DNA of 64,000 nucleotides, from the NCBI RefSeq assembly GCF_009914755.1, contig NC_060936.1; one strand, given 5' to 3'. This document shows, piece after piece, positions 56,141 to 64,000 of the stretch. The notes under the pieces are model-generated. The model did not search any database. It was given only the letters and a program-made list of their open reading frames with translations, and was not told the DNA's origin. How positions within the stretch are numbered: the stretch's first letter is position 1; each line of letters begins with the position of its first letter. The stretch is from the human T2T-CHM13v2.0 reference genome, Homo sapiens. The translations under genes and the position numbers were made by a program.

Positions 56141-58249
56141 TGTCTGCAGGATAAGAGAAGAGTTAAGGTGGTCATGGCCTTATCGTATAGCATATGGGCT
56201 ACATTTACATTTCTGCAAAGCTTGCCCATTGGGGTCCCTATAATTGGAGAAAAATCACTTACTGAATTTTGTACCTAGTTCCAGTCTTCCTCCAAGTTTA
56301 CTTTATATTATTTGTTTGGGATATAGCTCCACATGTTGAAACTGTGCCTCTAACACCAGTGTTGGTGAAGACATTGCATTCCAGTGCCAGATTCTGTGGT
56401 CAGAAATTTTGTTTAACAGAGGTAGCAATAATATTGGAAGCATAGGTTGCATTGTAGAGTGTCTGAGAAAAGGGGTGCAGAGAAAAATCCTATCAAACAT
56501 GTGTTAAAATAATGTCAAATCTGATATACTCATAAAAACATGCCCTTGAACATCTTGGGGCAGAGGAAGGGATGGGAGAGAATAAAGGAGGATCATCTCA
56601 TGCTCAAAGAGAGAAAAAGAAGAGAGCAAAGGAGAGTTTCGCAGGAAGGGTACTGTGGAAACGCCAGCAAAGGTGGGATCAGGAATTATCTGGAAAAGAG
56701 AGAATTTCTGGGGTGTCTTTTGATCCACATCCTACTTCCTTATTTCTATTCCATCCAGGCAGTTGAAGTCATCAAACCAACCAAGCCTTTGTATAGCATG
56801 GTAGGTGATGGAGAAGGACAGTAATTGGAACAGTAAAGAAACAGAGGCATATCTCATATGCCATATATGCCTGTATATCATATATCATCTCCTCTTACTC
56901 CCTGGCCAAAAAAAAGATGGCAGATTCATTGTATCCAGGATATACTGATGGAGGCAAGTAGGATGGAATGCCATGCCTGAAGGACTAGGTGGAGGTGATA
57001 GTTCATGCCACCTAGAGCTAGATATTGGAGCATCAGGGCTAGATCAACGTGCTAGGTACTGATTGCTGGAAGGAACCCTTCAGAAATGAAACTCCTACCA
57101 ATTAATATGAGAGATCTATGTTTCACTCAAAGTTTATGCCAGAATAGGACTAAATGAACAAAAAAGAATGGCACCAGGCCGCAGGTGTCTGCCCCATGAA
57201 TTGTATTCAGAAGGGGCTGCCCATTTGGCAGAGTTGTAGAATTGCTAGTTCATCTTTAGAGTTGCTCATAGACTGGAGCTGATCAAGTAATTACAAAACC
57301 AGTCAAACAAGGTCTATATCCTCTTCCTTGAAAATAGCTAGTGAGACCAAAGTAGTCATCTGGTCACCATGCTAGGATCCTCTGCTTCCCTCTCACATGG
57401 CATAGTCAGTGTTCTAGGTCTCCACTGTCTTGGAGCTGAGGAACAATTTGATTTGATTTGGTAAGTCATATCCCCGTAGCTTTAACACAGTGACTTCCTA
57501 TTCCTCATTCTGAATAGGAAAGAGTTTGGGGTGCAGGGTAGTTTTACAGCTAAGTGGAAACCAGAAAGAAGAAAACAGACAGTATAGAGTTTTCTCAGAG
57601 TAGAAAGGAGTCACGAGAAAAAGTAAGGGAAGAGGTATGGATATTACCTCACTCCAACAACCAATACATACTACCACATCTCTAACAAAAATAAACCTCA
57701 AGCCTGAGGGATTCCTTTTCTCTAATTCCTCATTTTCAGCAGAATAAGGAAAGTAGATACTTCAGGCATAATATGCCTAAGTGTATCAACATTAGCTGGC
57801 CTCAGAATCTGGAAAGAAGCTCAGTAAATCAGTTTTGATTTACACTATCCTACAGCCTCAGTAATAAGATTCCACCTGGAACTCTGAGTTTAACTTTTCA
57901 GCTGTGTGTAATTTGATCTATTGATGTCAGGAACAGGAGCAAACTGTACAGGATGTTGAATCAGTTTCCCATCTCACGCTGCGAGACCACCTCATATAGG
58001 TGGTAATGAAAGAAATGTTCCCTTTGTCTTTTATCTCATACATGATGACATTCTTCAAAATGAACCAGTTGTTTAGAGCGGGTATGCTTCTTTCCAGAAA
58101 TAAATTGGTACTGGGATAGCTTGGCTTACTTGTGCAGCAAATGGGAAGACTCTTTCCCATTTGCTAATGGTGGTTACCAATTCAGCAAAGTGAGTTGAAG
58201 GAGAGTCTGATTCACAGATGCTGACTTAGATGTTAGCCCTCTCATAAAA

Positions 58250-58492
58250 CCATAGTAATAATTAACAATGAAATGTGCCAGCCACACTTTGAATCACTTT
58301 CCATGTGGTAACTCAATTTAATTTTAACAACTTTATGAGCTAGGCATTATCATTTTCACTACTTTACAGTTGAGGGAGTTATGCCACAAAGAGGTGAAAT
58401 AACTTCTCCAAGACCACACAGCTAGAAAAAAGCAGAGCCAAGATCCAAGTTAGGTTGGCTCTAGAGTCTGTACTTGTAAACACTGTACTAAA
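58250..58492 (-). mobile_element. MIR
   Basis: TTTACAGTTGAGG...AGAGGTGAAATAACTTCTCCAAGACCACACAGCTAG. Confidence 0.75.
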
Positions 58493-58584
58493 TTGTCTCT
58501 CTGACATATCACAAAGAGCAGCAGGTTTGGAGTCAGGATAGACTGGCTTGAATTCTTTAAAAAAAAAAAAAAATCAGCCTTTCT

Positions 58585-58882
<298 letters not shown>

Positions 58883-59010
58883 CTACTTTTTTAAGATAAG
58901 TTAAACAAAAGAAGTGAAGTGTCCCATGTCTTGCATCTATTTCATTGGCAAGAAGGATTATCTAAATGACATTGAAGACGGGGTGTCAGTATTTAGATGA
59001 TGAAGGTTTC

Positions 59011-59086
59011 CATGAGTTCTTGTTTTGGGGAACAGAATGAATCCATACATGAGTTCCTGTTTTGGGGAACAGAATGAATCCATACA
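59011..59086. repeat. 37-bp tandem duplication (2 copies, 1 mismatch)
   Basis: CATGAGTTC(T/C)TGTTTTGGGGAACAGAATGAATCCATA at 59011-59047 and 59048-59084. Confidence 0.95.
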
Positions 59087-59924
59087 GTTACAGAGATATA
59101 GAGTGCCTAGAGACAGTAGCCCAATTTTTTGGTTGCAGGTTTCCTATGCTATTTACATGTTTCAGAAAACCTAGTGAATGTTTAGATGCTATGCATGTTG
59201 TCCAGCAGCTGTACTCAGGAAAAGCAAGAGCAACATTTGTGAGTTTCATTACATCTTATTTTATTATTTCCATAAAATTGTGTTTTATTATGCAATCACA
59301 AGGACTTCTAAGCCACCAAGAGACTGACAAGGATTTCGCTTTGCAGAACAACCCCTAAAACAGAACAAATTCAATTATCCAGAGGCCTATTTTGTAGGAG
59401 AGGTAATCTTTGCTTTAGAATTTTTAAAATTGTATTCTTAAAGCACAAATGTGACTCATAGGCAGGTGTATTTCCATTTAGAGAACTCAACCAGTAGCTG
59501 AGGATATAGGAGCAAGGTCTAGATCTCAGAAAAAGTTACGAACAAGCTAAGCAAGAGATTAGGGATATCGCTAAAGGGACCCAAGTTCAGGACGAGACTT
59601 CAATACAGTGAAAGAACTAGAAGACACTTAGTTCCTTGGCAATCAAGACTGGAGAAAATGGAGACTCAATCTAAGACTTCAGATTGTTGGGCTAAGAAGA
59701 TGCTCAAATGTGCCCATCCCAGGTACATAACATATAGTCTAGGCTTATCGAGGCACAAAAGCTGATAAAGAACCCTAAGTTTCTTCCAGCTTTTGTTTTG
59801 ACTAAGTTGGGAATTTTGCCTGCAACGTAAGTGCTTTGGTACCTGTATCAGGGTCAATCTGCGAAGGCAAAGACCGAGACTTCCCGTTTATAGCAGTTCC
59901 AAACCTGCTCCGCTTTCAGCCCTG

Positions 59925-60255
59925 TTTTGTTGTTGTTGTTGTTGTTGTTGCTGCTGCTGCTGTTGTTGTTGTTGTTGTGAGATTCTGCCTCTGTTGCCCA
60001 GGCTGGAGTGCAGTGGTGTGATCTTGGCTCACTGCAACCTCCGTCTCCCTGGTTCAAGCAATTCTCCTGCCTCACCTTTGGAGTAGCTGGGATCACAGGT
60101 GTGCACCACCACGCCTGGCTAATTTTTGTATTTTTGGTAGAGATGGGGTCTCACCATGTTAGTCAGGCTGGTCTCAAACTCCTAACCTCAGGTGATCTAC
60201 CTGCCTCGGCCTCCCAAAGCGCTGGGATTACAGGTATGAGCCACTGCACCCAGCC
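59925..60255 (-). mobile_element. AluS with compound (GTT)7(GCT)4(GTT)5 tail
   Basis: Reverse Alu whose tail is a trinucleotide repeat (59929-59976). Confidence 0.92.
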
Positions 60256-60369
60256 CCCAACCCTCTGTTCTCTTTTTTATGTATCATGAAATAGTAGAAT
60301 ACATCTGAGTCATCAGAACTGACAGCCTCTGCTTACAAAAGCAACAGATCAGCAGGTCCTAAGTTAACG

Positions 60370-62250
60370 CTTTGACCTCACCGTCTACCTCTCTTCCCCC
60401 TGCCTTCATTGTTTCTCAAACATGCAGAAGGAGGTGCAACTTAGGGCCTTTGCAGGTACTGCTCCTTCTGGCTGGTACAAGCATCACCATACAGCCAAAT
60501 GACTGGTTCTTTCTTGTCTTTCAGTTCTTGGCTAAAATGTTGCCTTCTCAATGAGGACTTTCCTGATCAACCTTTTTTAAATTACCCTATTCTCCCCAAG
60601 GCATTAATAACATCATGTCAGAGCTCTTAGCAAAATCTGAAACTATCTTGTTGGGTTTTAATTTGCTTACTGAAATGGCAGATGTGCAAGGTTTTTTCTT
60701 ATCACTTATTGTGTTAAATGAATCAAGATACTCAGAGTGCTTCTCTTGAGAAAACCTATGCCTCACTTAGGTTGACAAAGTTTCAACACATGAACACAGG
60801 AGGCATATATAGTATATACATGTATTTCATCAGTCCCAAAGAACAACTGGCGACATGACTAGCTTTATAAAATTGCAAGGCGTTGGATGGGGGAGCTAGG
60901 GAACTTTACAAAACACACAAGGTCTCTGAACCAAAAATCAACATTGGCTGTGAACAGTAACATGGATTATCAGTGACATTTTTTGCTTCCATTTACAACT
61001 GTTTACAGTGGATTTTTTTTTAACTGACCAACTCTTTAGTTTGTGGAGTTGGTTTTACATCTCTAGGCCTGGTTTTTAAAGATATTCTTAATTTTGATGA
61101 AAATCTTCATTATGATCTCCTGGACTGGATGTAACATTTAAAAAAATCTCCTAACAACATATATCCTAGTAATGCAGTCTCTGGGGTAGTGGGAAAAAGT
61201 CAGGACTGGGAGTCACAAGACCCAGGCTGAGGCCCTAAATAAGTTCCACTTATTCAACAAAAATTGAATATGTGCCAGGCACTGTTTTAGCAAATTCAAA
61301 TAGTGAATATGACAGACAAAGTGTCTGTCCCTTAGGAATTATGTTCTACTGGGGATAGGGAGAGGGTGATAAAAATACCCTTTTTTCATCTGCAGTTTTC
61401 TCTTCTAAAAATAGGTGGGCATTAGACTAGATCATCTGGAAAGTTTCTCCTAGCTCTACATGTTCCGAGAGAGAGGAAAGAAAATTTGAAAGGCTTCGCA
61501 GTAGTTATTTTAGGGAAGTAAAATCCTAGATTTAAATTTTTTTTTCTTTTTGGTCATCATTGCTTTCTGATATTTTTTCTATAATGAACATGCATTACAA
61601 TATGAAATGAAAAAATGTTTAAGAAAAACAGTAGAGATTTTCCTTTCAACCGTGAGCATTGGTTTCTAGTGACCTGAAGGTACAACATTCATCCATTAGT
61701 AATGGGAGCTGTAAATGGGAATTGTCTTGCCTCTCCAGTGACTTATTAATCTTTGCCTAATGGGGCTTTAGGGAACCTGCTCAGGGGATCTTTATGCTCC
61801 TTTTCCCATTACTTCAGTGTGTACCGGTCTCTTCTCTTTTCCTCGAACACTTGAAGTTCTTCTCCACCTAGGAATATTTAGGCTCAGTTGGCCTCATCTC
61901 ACCCTTCAACCTTCACATCTCAGCTTAAATGTTAATTCCATAGATGCCTTAACAGAGCAATCTAAAACCTAAATTCCCTTCCTACTTTACTACTCACCAT
62001 ATCATCCTTGGTATTTCCTATATTATCTCTATTCTGCTTTTCTCTTACAGAGCACTCTTGTCAACTTGTAGTTTCATGTCTTTTGTTTCTATATAAACTT
62101 AGTCTATTTTCCCCCACAGTCTGAAGTTTCATTGTGAAGACAGGGATAGTCTGTTGTGTTGAGGCTATATTCCTAGGGCCTAACAGTGCCTGTCACATCA
62201 TAGATACTCAACTAATATTGATGGAGTAAATGAATAAATGAATGAATGAA
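60370..62250 (+). mobile_element. L2 fragments (~60370-60680, ~61800-62250) with MIR/L2 pieces at ~61165-61460
   Basis: CCTTCTCAATGAGGACTTTCCTGA; CTCAGCTTAAATGT; CTAACAGTGCCTGTCACAT...TGAATGAATGAA tail. Confidence 0.6.
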
Positions 62251-62688
62251 ATGGCTCCTTTGTCCTCTCTCTGTTAAGTGTTTTATTCCCATACAGTGTT
62301 GTGCTGCAGGCAAGCCCTTTGCCAGCTCACAAGAGTGAACGGTTAATTTTTCAGGGATTTTGCAAGCCAATTGTTAAGCTTAGTGGCTTGACATTGGCCT
62401 TGGTTGGGGTATATATATACCATAGACATAGGGAAATGCTGCATGTTAAGACTTTTTATTCCCACAAAGAGCTGGTTTACCAGCATACCTCTACTCTCAT
62501 CTTCTAAATCAAACTATAAATATTGAGCTATCATGCAAAATCATGCCCATAGGTTATTTAAAATATTTCAATAAAAAAGTATTGAATTTAAAAAATATTA
62601 AATACATGCTATATAATTATTTACCTGTGGGAAATAGTTCTTTTATAAGCTAACTTATAATCTAAAATATGTGTCTCTGATCTCCTAA

Positions 62689-64000
<1,312 letters not shown>

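Noticed and set aside
56846-56886. GGCATAT-ctc-ATATGCC mini hairpin and CATAT repeats
   Set aside because: A 7-bp stem is too short to be significant.
59011-59086. CRISPR-like repeat
   Set aside because: Two adjacent copies with no spacer, in primate DNA, with no cas genes.
61405-61414. Perfect MEF2 site CTAAAAATAG
   Set aside because: It sits within a degenerate MIR core in AT-rich context, with no supporting evidence.

Overview
Human (or great-ape) genomic DNA, AT-rich and repeat-dense. It lies almost entirely within one long intron of SYT1 (synaptotagmin-1, + strand). The only coding sequence I can support is one 134-bp SYT1 exon at 62714-62847, encoding part of the C2B domain including the polylysine KKKK patch. 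The intronic microRNA hairpin MIR1252 is at 37894-37958, in sense orientation. The rest is intron with Alu, L1, L2, MIR, ERVL/MaLR/ERV1 LTRs and hAT/Tigger DNA transposons. Repeat family names were assigned by eye from remembered consensus sequences, and boundaries of old repeats are approximate. Apart from the SYT1 exon and dead L1 ORF2 fragments, the ORF track is repeat-derived or random. I found no new protein-coding system. The best leads are non-coding: a perfect 45-bp-arm palindrome with a template-switch signature; a sense THE1 LTR with DUX4 motif, TATA and splice donor upstream of the C2B exon; a candidate 52-nt poison exon or recursive splice site; an MLT2/MLT1 hybrid LTR bounded by one apparent TSD; a MER50 LTR with an inverted copy of its own 5' end; an L1 with a short 3' transduction; and an RFX/CpG-enriched candidate enhancer.
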